From NCBI GenBank assembly GCA_963662945.1, contig OY759974.1, positions 32,001 through 96,000 of the forward strand: 64,000 nt of DNA. The letters are read 5' to 3'. The position numbers and the translations under genes were made by a program. Positions 10,921 through 20,810 of this stretch are shown here, in pieces. This DNA is from Arcobacteraceae bacterium. Its GTDB lineage: Bacteria > Campylobacterota > Campylobacteria > Campylobacterales > Arcobacteraceae. The notes under the pieces were generated by a model. That model was not told where the DNA came from. It saw nothing but the letters and a program-made list of their open reading frames with translations, and made no database searches. Positions within the stretch are counted from its first letter, which is position 1. Each line of letters opens with the position of its first letter.

Positions 10921-12726
10921 TTGAACAGATATGGTATAGATATATGGGGTGATGATAACTTCATAATAGATAAAAATGTAGTAAGATTAAACTATGAATC
11001 AAAACCTGCTTTGATTGAAATAGTAAAATCTATAAGAGATGAAGGTAATACTGGACCACTTATATTAAGATTTCCACATATTACAAAAAAACAAATTGAA
11101 AAATTATATAAAATCTTTAACGATACAATAGCTGAGAATCAATATGATTCAAAATTTTTTGCTGTATTTCCATTGAAAGTAAATCAATTACCTAATTATA
11201 TATTACCAATGTTAGAAAATAGTGCACATTTAAACTATGGACTAGAAGCTGGTAGTAAAGCAGAGTTAATTCTTGCAATGGCTTATAATAATAAAAATGC
11301 CCCAATTACTGTAAATGGTTTCAAAGATAAAGAGATGATAACTTTGGGATTTATTGCTAAAAATCAAGGGCATAATATCACTATTACTATTGAAGGTTTA
11401 AATGAATTAGAAACCATCATAGAAGTTCATCAAGAGTTGCAACTTCCTTGTCCAAATGTAGGGCTTAGAGTAAGACTACATAGTTCAGGAAGTGGTACAT
11501 GGGCAAAAAGTGGTGGAATTGATGCAAAATTTGGATTGAGTTCAACAGAGATACTTGAAGCTTTTGATATGCTGTCAAAACATAATCTTGTAGATAAACT
11601 TCGAATGATACATTTTCATATTGGTTCTGCTATGAGTGCTATTGCACCATTAAAAAAAGCTTTAAAAGAATCAGGTCATATCTATGCTGAACTTATCAAA
11701 ATGGGTGCTACTTCACTTGATGCAATTAATATTGGTGGTGGATTATCTATTGAGTATTCGGCTTATGAAAGAGTTACACAATATAGTTTAAAAGAGTTTG
11801 CAAGTGATGTACTATTTACTTTAAATGAAATTTCTTCAAAAAATGGGGTAAAAGTTCCAAATATTTTTACAGAATCAGGAAGATTTATCTCTGCACCTAG
11901 CTCTGTATTGATTGCTCCAACTCTTGAACTTTTTACAAGTGAATATACAGAAAAAAACTTACGATTAAAAGCTAAAAATCCTCCAATCATTGAGGAATTA
12001 AATTTACTTTTTAGAGATATAAACAAAGAAAATTCAAAAGAATATATGCACGATAGTTTAGAACACCTTGAGTCTATTTTGACACTATTTGATTTAGGAT
12101 ATGTTGATCTTAATGATAGAAGCAATGCAGAAGTTTTAACACATCTTATTATTAAAAAAGCAATTAGTTTGCAAGATAATCTACACGATAGAGAGCTGAA
12201 AAATCTTGATGATAAAATACAAGAAAAGTATCTTTTAAATTTCTCTATATTCCAATCTTTACCTGACTTTTGGGGTATTGGTCAAGAGTTTCCTATGATG
12301 CCAATTTCACATTTGAACAAAAAAGGAACAAGAAGTGCAAATATATGGGATATAACTTGTGATAGTGATGGGGAGATTCCATTTAAGTCAAGTAAACCAT
12401 TTTATTTACATGATGTAGATTTAACGAAAGAGGATTATTTTATAGCATTCTTTTTAGTTGGAGCATACCAAGATATATTAGGAATGAAACATAACTTATT
12501 TAGTTCTCCATCTGAAGTAAATATTATCTTTGAAGATGGTGTTATGAAACAAGATAAATTTCTAAAATCTCAAAGTATTATAGAAATATTTGATGATTTA
12601 GATTACAATTCACAAGATATTTTGGATAGATTATTATCTACAACAAAAAATGAGCAACTTAAAGATATTCTTATGGAATATATAAATGATAACAGCTATT
12701 TAAAAACAATAGCATCGAAAGGATAA
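10921..12726 (+). CDS. speA: Biosynthetic arginine decarboxylase
   Basis: VFPLKVNQ (PLP lysine), GLEAGSKAEL, HFHIGS, DITCDSDG, GAYQDILG; TTG start with a GAGGA SD. Confidence 0.95.
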   Translation: MNRYGIDIWGDDNFIIDKNVVRLNYESKPALIEIVKSIRDEGNTGPLILRFPHITKKQIEKLYKIFNDTIAENQYDSKFFAVFPLKVNQLPNYILPMLENSAHLNYGLEAGSKAELILAMAYNNKNAPITVNGFKDKEMITLGFIAKNQGHNITITIEGLNELETIIEVHQELQLPCPNVGLRVRLHSSGSGTWAKSGGIDAKFGLSSTEILEAFDMLSKHNLVDKLRMIHFHIGSAMSAIAPLKKALKESGHIYAELIKMGATSLDAINIGGGLSIEYSAYERVTQYSLKEFASDVLFTLNEISSKNGVKVPNIFTESGRFISAPSSVLIAPTLELFTSEYTEKNLRLKAKNPPIIEELNLLFRDINKENSKEYMHDSLEHLESILTLFDLGYVDLNDRSNAEVLTHLIIKKAISLQDNLHDRELKNLDDKIQEKYLLNFSIFQSLPDFWGIGQEFPMMPISHLNKKGTRSANIWDITCDSDGEIPFKSSKPFYLHDVDLTKEDYFIAFFLVGAYQDILGMKHNLFSSPSEVNIIFEDGVMKQDKFLKSQSIIEIFDDLDYNSQDILDRLLSTTKNEQLKDILMEYINDNSYLKTIASKG

Positions 12727-12732
12727 TACTAA

Positions 12733-13455
12733 ATGAGTTTATGGAGTTTAATAAAAGAGGATTTTTCAGTTCCTAGAAAAAATGACCCTGCATTACACTC
12801 CAAAGTTGAACTTATTTTTAACTATCCTGGTATTTGGGCAATAGTTAACTACAGGATTGCAAATCGACTTTATATGAAAGGTTTTAAAAGAACTGCTAGA
12901 ATTCTAAGTGGAATTTCCCAACTTTTTACAAATGTTGATATACATCCAGCAGCTAAAATAGGTCGAAGAGTATTTATAGATCATGGTTTTGGTGTAGTTA
13001 TTGGACAAACTACAATTATAGAAGACGATGTTCTAATCTATCAAGGTGTAACTTTAGGAGGGGTGAGTTTAAGTCATGGGAAACGACATCCAACTATCGG
13101 TAAAAATAGCGTCATAGGAAGTGGTGCCAAGGTTTTAGGAAATATTTCAGTTGGAGAAAACTGTAAAATAGGGGCTAACTCTGTTGTAGTTAAAGATGTT
13201 CCTTGTAGTTCAACTGCTGTTGGAGTTCCCGCTAGAATTGTAAGACGAAAAGACGATGATTGCACTGAAAAATCACAACTTGACCACAATGATTTACCTG
13301 ACGTTTCAAAAGAGATGTTCTCATATTTACTTAAAAGGGTTGCTGTACTTGAACATGCAGTAAAAGAGCATGATGGTATTGACGTATCACGAGAAGATAA
13401 AGAGTTGGAAGATATTTACGAAAACTTTATTACAGCTATGAAAAAAGAAGAATAG
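12733..13455 (+). CDS. cysE: Serine O-acetyltransferase
   Basis: DIHPAAKIG, FIDHG, GVTLGG, KRHPT, hexapeptide repeats, AVGVPARI. Confidence 0.96.
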   Translation: MSLWSLIKEDFSVPRKNDPALHSKVELIFNYPGIWAIVNYRIANRLYMKGFKRTARILSGISQLFTNVDIHPAAKIGRRVFIDHGFGVVIGQTTIIEDDVLIYQGVTLGGVSLSHGKRHPTIGKNSVIGSGAKVLGNISVGENCKIGANSVVVKDVPCSSTAVGVPARIVRRKDDDCTEKSQLDHNDLPDVSKEMFSYLLKRVAVLEHAVKEHDGIDVSREDKELEDIYENFITAMKKEE

Positions 13456-13464
13456 TACTTTTTT

Positions 13465-14190
13465 ATGACACTTATACTACTTGGAATCCTTACAGGACTT
13501 ATGTCAGGTTTTTTTGGTGTAGGTGGAGGAACAGTTCTGGTCCCATTGTTATTACTATATGGCTTTGAGATGAAAAGTGCAGTTGCCATCTCTATTATGC
13601 AGATGATTTTTAGCTCTATCTATGGAAGTTTTTTAAATAGTAGACAAAATAAAGATATCTTAAAAGACGGTATCACTATAGGTATCGGTGGTTTTTTAGG
13701 TGGAAGTTTAAGTGGAGTTATTGTTCCAAACGTACCTGGAATATATTTAAAATATATTTTCATAGCTGTTATTCTTTTTTCCATCTATAGAGTTGCTGCC
13801 ACATCATTAGAAAATCCAAAAGGTACTGCTTCAAGAAATAAATTTGTTTTAATTTTTATAGGTTTTATCATCGGTATGATTGCTATGAGTATCGGTATTG
13901 GTGGTTCTGTTATACTTGCTCCAATACTTGTAGGCTATATGCTTTATAATCTTAAAGATGCAGCATCTTTGGGGCTATTTTTTGTTATATTTAGTTCTAT
14001 TGCAGGTTTTATTAGTTTAAGTCTTAGTGGACATATGCACTATAGTGAAGGTGCTATTGTAGGAGTTGCTTCATTGATAGGTGTATATTTTGGAATTAAA
14101 TTAAAAAATAGTATCAATATAAAATATTATAAACAATTAACATTATTTATGTATAGTATGATATTAATATCAGTGATTTACAAACTCTAA
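13465..14190 (+). CDS. TSUP (TauE/SafE) family membrane transporter
   Basis: Duplicated GxxGxGGG motifs (SGFFGVGGG, MSIGIGGS); about 8 TM helices. Confidence 0.88.
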   Translation: MTLILLGILTGLMSGFFGVGGGTVLVPLLLLYGFEMKSAVAISIMQMIFSSIYGSFLNSRQNKDILKDGITIGIGGFLGGSLSGVIVPNVPGIYLKYIFIAVILFSIYRVAATSLENPKGTASRNKFVLIFIGFIIGMIAMSIGIGGSVILAPILVGYMLYNLKDAASLGLFFVIFSSIAGFISLSLSGHMHYSEGAIVGVASLIGVYFGIKLKNSINIKYYKQLTLFMYSMILISVIYKL

Positions 14191-14200
14191 AGGATACAAA

Positions 14201-14476
14201 ATGAAACAAACATTCGTAGTACAAAATGTAAAATGTGGTGGTTGTGCAAACACTTTAAAAAAAGCGCTAAAAGATGATTTTGGTGATATTGAAGTAAATT
14301 TGGAAAAAGAACCACGAGAGATAACTCTTGATATAGAAGATGATAAAAAAGAGCATTTGAAACTCAAACTTAGAAGTTTAGGGTATCCTTTATCTACAGA
14401 TGAACTCTCAACGCTTCAAAGTGTTGGTGCAAAAGCAAAAAGTTTTGTATCTTGTGCTATAGGAAAAATAGACTAA
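14201..14476 (+). CDS. Heavy-metal-associated (HMA) domain protein
   Basis: N-terminal VKCGGCANT (CxxC), LRSLGYP, C-terminal SFVSCAIGK. Confidence 0.85.
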   Translation: MKQTFVVQNVKCGGCANTLKKALKDDFGDIEVNLEKEPREITLDIEDDKKEHLKLKLRSLGYPLSTDELSTLQSVGAKAKSFVSCAIGKID

Positions 14477-15335
14477 AACTTACTAAAAAAAGTAAACTAA
14501 TAACAAAGGTATCTAATCTTTTTTGAAATGAGAGAGCTTTTCTTATGTCACTTGTTTCAATTGTTGTTTTACCATCTCCAAAGTGAGGTTTATGTTTTAT
14601 TACACCAAAATAAGAAGTATCTCCTCCAAGTTTAACATCTAAACTTAATGCCATAGCAGAGATAGGATATCCAGCATTTGGACTTTCGTGAAGTTTTCCA
14701 TATTTTGCAAAGTTTTTTAATGCTTTAGAACTAGTAAATAGTAGTGCAATTAAAACGGCTGTAATTCTCGATGGAATATAGTTTACTATATCATCAAGTT
14801 TTGCTGCTACTTTGCCAAAGTTTTCATATCTAGTGTTTCTATAACCAACCATAGAATCAAGAGTATTAATAGCTTTATAGATAAATAATCCAACAATACC
14901 AAACAATAAAAGATAAAATAGTGGTGCAATAACACCATCACTTAAATTTTCACTATAGGTTTCTATAGCAGCTTTATTTATCTCGCTTGATGAGAGGTTT
15001 TGCGTATCTCTACTTACAAGATATTGTATATTTTGTGGATTGGTAATCACATCTTTGACACTATCATATAACATTTTAGATGCTATACCAAACGAGGCGA
15101 AAAAGGCTAAAATAAAAATATTATCAACAAAATACTCAAGTGTAAAAGTGATACAAAATACGATAAATAATAGTGAAATAGTCAGTAATCCACCTCTTAT
15201 AATACTATCTTTATAAAAGTATTTCTCAAATAAAGAGATAAAATCTCCCATGAAAACGATAGGATGTCTTAAAAATTTAAACTCCCCAAAGATTCTATCT
15301 ATTATATATGCTATTAGGGTTATTTCAATAAACAA
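14457..15335 (-). CDS. cbiB: Adenosylcobinamide-phosphate synthase
   Basis: HPIVFMG, LVSRDT, ENLSDGVIAPLF, YKAINTLDSMVGY, SPNAGYP. Confidence 0.95.
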   Translation of the reverse strand: MFIEITLIAYIIDRIFGEFKFLRHPIVFMGDFISLFEKYFYKDSIIRGGLLTISLLFIVFCITFTLEYFVDNIFILAFFASFGIASKMLYDSVKDVITNPQNIQYLVSRDTQNLSSSEINKAAIETYSENLSDGVIAPLFYLLLFGIVGLFIYKAINTLDSMVGYRNTRYENFGKVAAKLDDIVNYIPSRITAVLIALLFTSSKALKNFAKYGKLHESPNAGYPISAMALSLDVKLGGDTSYFGVIKHKPHFGDGKTTIETSDIRKALSFQKRLDTFVISLLFLVSFSLFFL

Positions 15336-16336
15336 TTTTTTAAACCTATGGCTAGAATATCTAAGTCTTTTTTACTTTTCACTGCAATTCGTACAAAACT
15401 ACTATCCAAAAAGTCAAAATTAGAACAATCTCGTATCATAATTTTATAAGGTTTTAAAAGTTCTTGAAAAGTAGTTGCATCTATCTCTTTTAGCTGAACT
15501 AAAATAAAATTTGCACAAGAATCAATAATATGATGTGTATATTGAAAATCTTTCATAATATGAACTAAATATTCTTTGTTAGTGATGTTTACAGCTTTTG
15601 ATATTTTAGAAAAGTTTTCATCCTTTAAAGCTTGTTGTATATAGTGGCTGTCAAATTGTGATATTTTCCAAAGTGGCTCACAATTTTTAAGACTTTGAAT
15701 ATTAGAACTATTTGAAACTATAAGTCCAAGACGAATACCAGCACTACTATAAAATTTTGTCATGGATTTAAGAATATAAAGCTTATCATATTTTTCTAAA
15801 TACTCTATACAAGATTTATGAGTTGTAAAATCTAAAAATGATTCATCAATGAGTATAGTACAGTTTTTTTGTATCCAAGAGTCCATAAGCTTCTCTATAT
15901 CATAAAAACTCCCCTCCGGAGTACTTGGATTCACAAAGACAACTATCGAGCCCTCTTGAACCTCTTTATGTAGTTCTGTAAAACGATTGATTAATTCAAT
16001 ATGATATCCTTGCATAGAAGCCGTTTTTTTATATTCTAAATAGGCTGGACTGTAAATAGTAATAGTTGTTGCATCAAAAAAACGAAATAAACTCACAATA
16101 GCACTACTACCGCCATTAAACAATTCTATTTGTGAACTATATATATTATAAAGCTTTGCAAGGGCAGAGTACAACGTATCATAGTTTGGATAAGAAGAGA
16201 TATCTAAGTTATTAAAATCAAACTCAAGCTCAGGTTTTAAAAAGTTAATATTGGAAGAAAGATCAATAATCTCTTTAACATCGCAACCAATTTGTGATGC
16301 AAATGCTGTTATATCTCCACCATGTTTAAAGTTCAT
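15320..16336 (-). CDS. cobD: L-threonine-O-3-phosphate decarboxylase (PLP class I/II)
   Basis: HGG, DLSSNIN, NPSTPEG, DESFLDF, SMTKFYSSAGIRLG, IRDCSNF; adjacent to cbiB. Confidence 0.85.
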   Translation of the reverse strand: MNFKHGGDITAFASQIGCDVKEIIDLSSNINFLKPELEFDFNNLDISSYPNYDTLYSALAKLYNIYSSQIELFNGGSSAIVSLFRFFDATTITIYSPAYLEYKKTASMQGYHIELINRFTELHKEVQEGSIVVFVNPSTPEGSFYDIEKLMDSWIQKNCTILIDESFLDFTTHKSCIEYLEKYDKLYILKSMTKFYSSAGIRLGLIVSNSSNIQSLKNCEPLWKISQFDSHYIQQALKDENFSKISKAVNITNKEYLVHIMKDFQYTHHIIDSCANFILVQLKEIDATTFQELLKPYKIMIRDCSNFDFLDSSFVRIAVKSKKDLDILAIGLKNCLLK

Positions 16337-17112
16337 ATATTTTCCAATCTATTTATTAACTCTTGATAATTTCTATTATTTATATATCTTGTAGTAGCAT
16401 AATATACCAAAGCATATTTTATATACTCTTTAAATTTATCTAAAGAGATTACTAATCCATAAGAAGAGAGTAGGGCTTCTATCTTCTCATAGTTTGGCAT
16501 ATCATCATCAAAACACCAAGAAAAGGCAACAACAGCTAAATCAAAAACAAAGTCTCCATTACAAGCTTCACTAAAATCATACACTCCACTTAACTGATCA
16601 TCTTTCCATTTCACATTATCTGGAAAAATATCTCCATGTATTATTCCATCATTTTTTAACTCTATATTTATAGTTTCAAGATGATTTTGTAATATACTTA
16701 TACCCCTTTTATTGATTATATCTTTTAATCTATTTTTATTAAATAATTGAGTGTTATTTGATCTTAAATTGGTTGTTTTAGTATGAAATTGCTTAAGAAG
16801 TAGGGCAAGTTGATTTATGTGTTTTATCTCAGGTTTGTATATACTATGACCTATAATTTGTATATAAAATACACATAAGTAGCCTTTGATATAAATATGT
16901 TCTACATATTGTATAACACTTAATTCTCTAATAGTATTTAACAGACTTATTTCATCTTCAATATTATAGTTAGGTTCATCATAAATCTTTAGTGTATACT
17001 TATCCCCCAATAAGTATACACTACTTTGAACACCATCGATAGTTTCTTTTAGTAGAAATTTTTGATACTTTTTGGGTAAATCTTTTTGAGTTATTTTTAT
17101 CTTTACACCCAA
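16333..17112 (-). CDS. APH/choline-kinase-fold phosphotransferase (type II homoserine kinase-like); candidate L-threonine kinase
   Basis: Brenner motif IHGDIFPDNV, YDFSEAC, DLAV; overlaps bluB and cobD. Confidence 0.8.
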   Translation of the reverse strand: MGVKIKITQKDLPKKYQKFLLKETIDGVQSSVYLLGDKYTLKIYDEPNYNIEDEISLLNTIRELSVIQYVEHIYIKGYLCVFYIQIIGHSIYKPEIKHINQLALLLKQFHTKTTNLRSNNTQLFNKNRLKDIINKRGISILQNHLETINIELKNDGIIHGDIFPDNVKWKDDQLSGVYDFSEACNGDFVFDLAVVAFSWCFDDDMPNYEKIEALLSSYGLVISLDKFKEYIKYALVYYATTRYINNRNYQELINRLENI

Positions 17113-17726
17113 ATTACAACCTCTTCAAACTCTTTTTTCTTTTCCCATTGTAAGGTTTCTAACTCCGGTGTATCTAAAAATTGTTTAGTATATCCAACAC
17201 AAAGATAGCCTATAAGTTTGTATTCATCATTTATATCAAGTATTTGCTGTACTTTTTTATGATTGATGATACTTACCCAACCTATCCCTATATTTAGACT
17301 TCTAGCGTATAACCACATATTTTGGATAGCACACACAACACTGTATTCACCCATTTTTTTAGAACTCGTTTGCCCTAAGACTTTTTTGGTAGGCTTTTTA
17401 TAGAATACTGCAATGTTTAGAGGGGTTTCTTTGATACCTTCAAGTTTTAAAGAGTTATAAAGTTCTCTTTCTTTGAAGTGTTTTTTACTTTTCTCATAGG
17501 ATTTTTTGAAGTTATTATAGATTCTGTTTTTAATCTTTTTATCTTCTATAACTACAAACTTCCAAGGCTGAGAAAAGCCTACAGAGGGTGCATGGATACC
17601 AGCGTTGAGTATCTCTTTGAGGATACTCTTTTTTAGCTTTTTCTTTAAAAAGTTATTACCGCGTACATCTCTTCTATAAAGAATTATATCACTTAGTATT
17701 TTTGATTGTTGTTTTGTAAATATCAT
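17103..17726 (-). CDS. bluB: 5,6-dimethylbenzimidazole synthase
   Basis: RRDVRG, APSVGFSQPW, SLKLEGI, YSVVCAIQNMWL, GIGWVSI. Confidence 0.93.
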   Translation of the reverse strand: MIFTKQQSKILSDIILYRRDVRGNNFLKKKLKKSILKEILNAGIHAPSVGFSQPWKFVVIEDKKIKNRIYNNFKKSYEKSKKHFKERELYNSLKLEGIKETPLNIAVFYKKPTKKVLGQTSSKKMGEYSVVCAIQNMWLYARSLNIGIGWVSIINHKKVQQILDINDEYKLIGYLCVGYTKQFLDTPELETLQWEKKKEFEEVVIWV

Positions 17727-17872
17727 TATTTTTTGATTGTTGTATTACTATCTTGAGAAAAAACTTGGTTTATCTTCTTCCATTTTTCTGTGTGCATATC
17801 ATTCCCTTTATAGAGATAAAAGAGTGCAACGCCTATTAAAAATATCCAAAATAATATATCTGTTAGTTTCAT
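17726..17872 (-). CDS. Unannotated 48-aa single-TM protein MKLTDILFWIFLIGVALFYLYKGNDMHTEKWKKINQVFSQDSNTTIKK
   Basis: Translated by hand. AGGA SD upstream of the ATG, N-terminal hydrophobic helix, stop overlaps the bluB start (TAATG). Confidence 0.7.
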   Translation of the reverse strand: MKLTDILFWIFLIGVALFYLYKGNDMHTEKWKKINQVFSQDSNTTIKK

Positions 17873-17917
17873 TTTAATTCCTATTGTTTTTTATAGCTGA
17901 TTGTTGTTTTATAAACT

Positions 17918-19180
17918 TCATAGAAATTTATCTTTTAAAAGTGCTATATTACCTCTAAACATCGTATGAAGATAAGTACCAAATACATTCTTTTCTTTAT
18001 TTGTCCAACTTCCAACTTTTCCCTCCCCCTTTGGTTGTTTAGATAATATATCAAAGCCTTTACTATCATCAATTGCTTTGGTATAATGAAAGCTGTGCCC
18101 TTTTATTAAAGCTTGATTGTAGTAGTATCCAAGTCTTGTAAATCTTTTTTCTAAAGTAAAATCCACATCTAAAATAGCGCTCATGACTTTTTCATCCACT
18201 TTGTTTCCAAGATACAAAAGCCCTGCACACTCTGCATATATCTTTTTTGTAAGACTATGCTGTATAAGTGAGTTTTTAAACTTAGTGGAGTTTTTTATCT
18301 TTTCATAGGCTTTATCACTCTCTACATAACCACCGCAAATATACACTATATCTGCATCTTTTGGTATCTCTTCATCTCTAACGGCCCTTACGATTGTGAC
18401 TTTTTCAAATACTGTTTTAAAAAACTCTAAATTATCATAGTAAAGAAATGAAAAGTTTTCATCATTGACTATGGCTAGGTGTTTATTTTGTTTTTCTATA
18501 GTTTTAAAAGGGTAAATAGTATTTTTAATTTTTTTTCGTTTTCCTATTTGTTCTAAAGCATTTAAATCTATATGTTCCAAAACCTCTTTACTGATTTGTT
18601 CTATCTTAGATAAATCTTCTAAATCAAGCCCTAAATGAGTATCTTGTAAAGAGACAATACCATTTTGAATCCAGCCAGCAACTACTATATCATCAAAATC
18701 TTTGAGTATTTGTTGTTTAATAAGCTCATAATGCCCCATTGAAGATATTTTATTGAGAACGACAGCTTTTATAGTGTTATCTCTTTTATAGCTTTTAAGC
18801 CCTTTTAAAACAGCACTAACAGTAATATAACTTCCGCTTCCATCTAAAAGTAAAACAGTAGGAATATCTAAAAGTTTTGAAATATCATAGGCACTACTTT
18901 TTTTATCACTACCATCATAAAATCCCATAACACCCTCACAAATAGAGACTTTTTTATCGCTATAGTGGTTAAAAAGCCATTGGATTTGTTTTTTGTTCAT
19001 CATAAATCTATCAAGATTTATACTTGGTGTGCCAGATACTTGTTTGTGAAATTGTGGGTCGATATAATCTGGTCCTATCTTAAAAGGTCGAACAGAATCT
19101 TTATAGTGATAAAGTAGGGCTGTAGTAAGGATTGTTTTGCCTTGATTTGATGCGATTGCACTGATACAAAAAGCTTTCAT
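17918..19180 (-). CDS. cbiA: Cobyrinate a,c-diamide synthase
   Basis: SNQGKT, FKIGPDYID, EGVMGFYDG, FSFLY; glutaminase motifs AECAG and GTYLH. Confidence 0.9.
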   Translation of the reverse strand: MKAFCISAIASNQGKTILTTALLYHYKDSVRPFKIGPDYIDPQFHKQVSGTPSINLDRFMMNKKQIQWLFNHYSDKKVSICEGVMGFYDGSDKKSSAYDISKLLDIPTVLLLDGSGSYITVSAVLKGLKSYKRDNTIKAVVLNKISSMGHYELIKQQILKDFDDIVVAGWIQNGIVSLQDTHLGLDLEDLSKIEQISKEVLEHIDLNALEQIGKRKKIKNTIYPFKTIEKQNKHLAIVNDENFSFLYYDNLEFFKTVFEKVTIVRAVRDEEIPKDADIVYICGGYVESDKAYEKIKNSTKFKNSLIQHSLTKKIYAECAGLLYLGNKVDEKVMSAILDVDFTLEKRFTRLGYYYNQALIKGHSFHYTKAIDDSKGFDILSKQPKGEGKVGSWTNKEKNVFGTYLHTMFRGNIALLKDKFL

Positions 19181-20124
19181 GAATTTTTCCTTTTAGTTAA
19201 TAGCAGATATATAAAGAAAGGTGCTCCTACAAATGATGTTACCACACCAATTGGTATATCAGAAGTTGCACCTGTATTTCTTGCAATTACATCACATAAA
19301 ACTAAAAATACTCCTCCATAAAAGAAAATAGGTAGTATGAGCTTATCTGCACTTGTTTTAGCGATAATTTTAATGATATGTGGAATAATAAGTCCAACAA
19401 AACCTATGGGTCCAGTTATACTTACACAAATACCAACAACAATAGAAACACTCAATAACAATATATAGTTTGTTTTTTTAACATTAATCCCTTTTAATGT
19501 GGCAAAATCATAAGAGGTTAAAAGAAGTTTTATATGATATTGGTATCTTTTGACAATACTCAAGATAAAAAGAGCAGCAAGTATAACTAGATATATAGAG
19601 TTAAAACCAACAATATCCAAACTTCCCATAGTAAAACGTACTATCTCATAACTCTCTTGTAAATCACTAATAAAAAACAATACCATTAAACTAGCACTAT
19701 AAAAAAATGACAATGCAATACCAACTAAAAGAAGTGATGATGTTTGTGCCCCATGAAATCTAGCTGCAATTAAAAAAAGCAAGATGATAGTTAAAACAGC
19801 TCCCATAAATGCAAATAAAGAGATAAAAGCTACAAAACCAAATACTATTCCTATAGCTGTAAAAAGTGTTGCTCCACTTGCAACTCCCAATGTAAATGGT
19901 GTACTCATAGGATTTCTAAAGATTGTTTGAAAAACCAAACCACTTAAAGCAAGTATTGCACCAACACAAAAAGCTAAAACAACTCTTGGAAGTCGAATAT
20001 CCCAAAAAATTTGATAATCCATTTTAGAGGGTTCAAAAATATTTGTTAATGTAAGATCAATTTGACCATTAAAAGGTGCTATGGCTATGATAATAAGAGA
20101 GAGTAATATAAATAAAAACTTCAT
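19177..20124 (-). CDS. btuC: FecCD-family ABC permease (BtuC-like)
   Basis: IRLPRV, FRNPM, GPIGFVGLIIPH, IPIGVVTSFVGAPFF; in a corrinoid operon. Confidence 0.85.
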   Translation of the reverse strand: MKFLFILLSLIIIAIAPFNGQIDLTLTNIFEPSKMDYQIFWDIRLPRVVLAFCVGAILALSGLVFQTIFRNPMSTPFTLGVASGATLFTAIGIVFGFVAFISLFAFMGAVLTIILLFLIAARFHGAQTSSLLLVGIALSFFYSASLMVLFFISDLQESYEIVRFTMGSLDIVGFNSIYLVILAALFILSIVKRYQYHIKLLLTSYDFATLKGINVKKTNYILLLSVSIVVGICVSITGPIGFVGLIIPHIIKIIAKTSADKLILPIFFYGGVFLVLCDVIARNTGATSDIPIGVVTSFVGAPFFIYLLLTKRKNS

Positions 20125-20810
20125 AGATTTACCAATATATTGTTATCAACTTTTTTGACACTCTCATCAAAAAAGTTTTGTAAATTAGAGTCAGAAAAAA
20201 ACTCTTCATTTGAACCATAATATTTTATCTGACCATTTTCAATAAAAAGTATCTCAAATCCAAGTTGAAATGCTAAATTTAAATTATGAGTGATGATAAT
20301 TTTATTTTGAAGATAATCCTCATTTTGAAGAAGATTAAATATAGTTTTTACCCTTTTAGGATCAAGATTTGAAGTTGGTTCATCCAAAATAGTATATTTT
20401 GCATTGTGTAAAATTGCACTTGCCATTGAAACAAGTTGGGACTCCCCACTACTTAAATATTTACAAGGTTTTTCTTTCAAATACGCGATATTAAGATTTT
20501 CCAAAATAGAATCAATGGTAAAACTTGTATGAAATAGACTTAATTGGAGAAACTCCGCAACTGTTAAATACTCATCAAAAATCTCTAAGTGTGATGGAAT
20601 ATAGTTGATAAGTTTAACTTTTTCTTCACCATAGGTTTTAGAAGGTTCTAAATTATTGATTTGAACACAATTACTTGGAATAATACCTGATAATACTTTT
20701 GCAATGGTTGTTTTACCAGCACCATTATTTCCAAGTATTATGAGATTACTTTTAAGTGAAAATGAAATATCTTGTAATATAAAATTACTGTAGTTTTTTA
20801 TCTCTAGCAT
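20121..20810 (-). CDS. btuD: ABC transporter ATPase (BtuD-like)
   Basis: Walker A GNNGAGKT, signature LSSGE, Walker B ILDEPTSNLD, H-loop ITH. Confidence 0.85.
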   Translation of the reverse strand: MLEIKNYSNFILQDISFSLKSNLIILGNNGAGKTTIAKVLSGIIPSNCVQINNLEPSKTYGEEKVKLINYIPSHLEIFDEYLTVAEFLQLSLFHTSFTIDSILENLNIAYLKEKPCKYLSSGESQLVSMASAILHNAKYTILDEPTSNLDPKRVKTIFNLLQNEDYLQNKIIITHNLNLAFQLGFEILFIENGQIKYYGSNEEFFSDSNLQNFFDESVKKVDNNILVNL

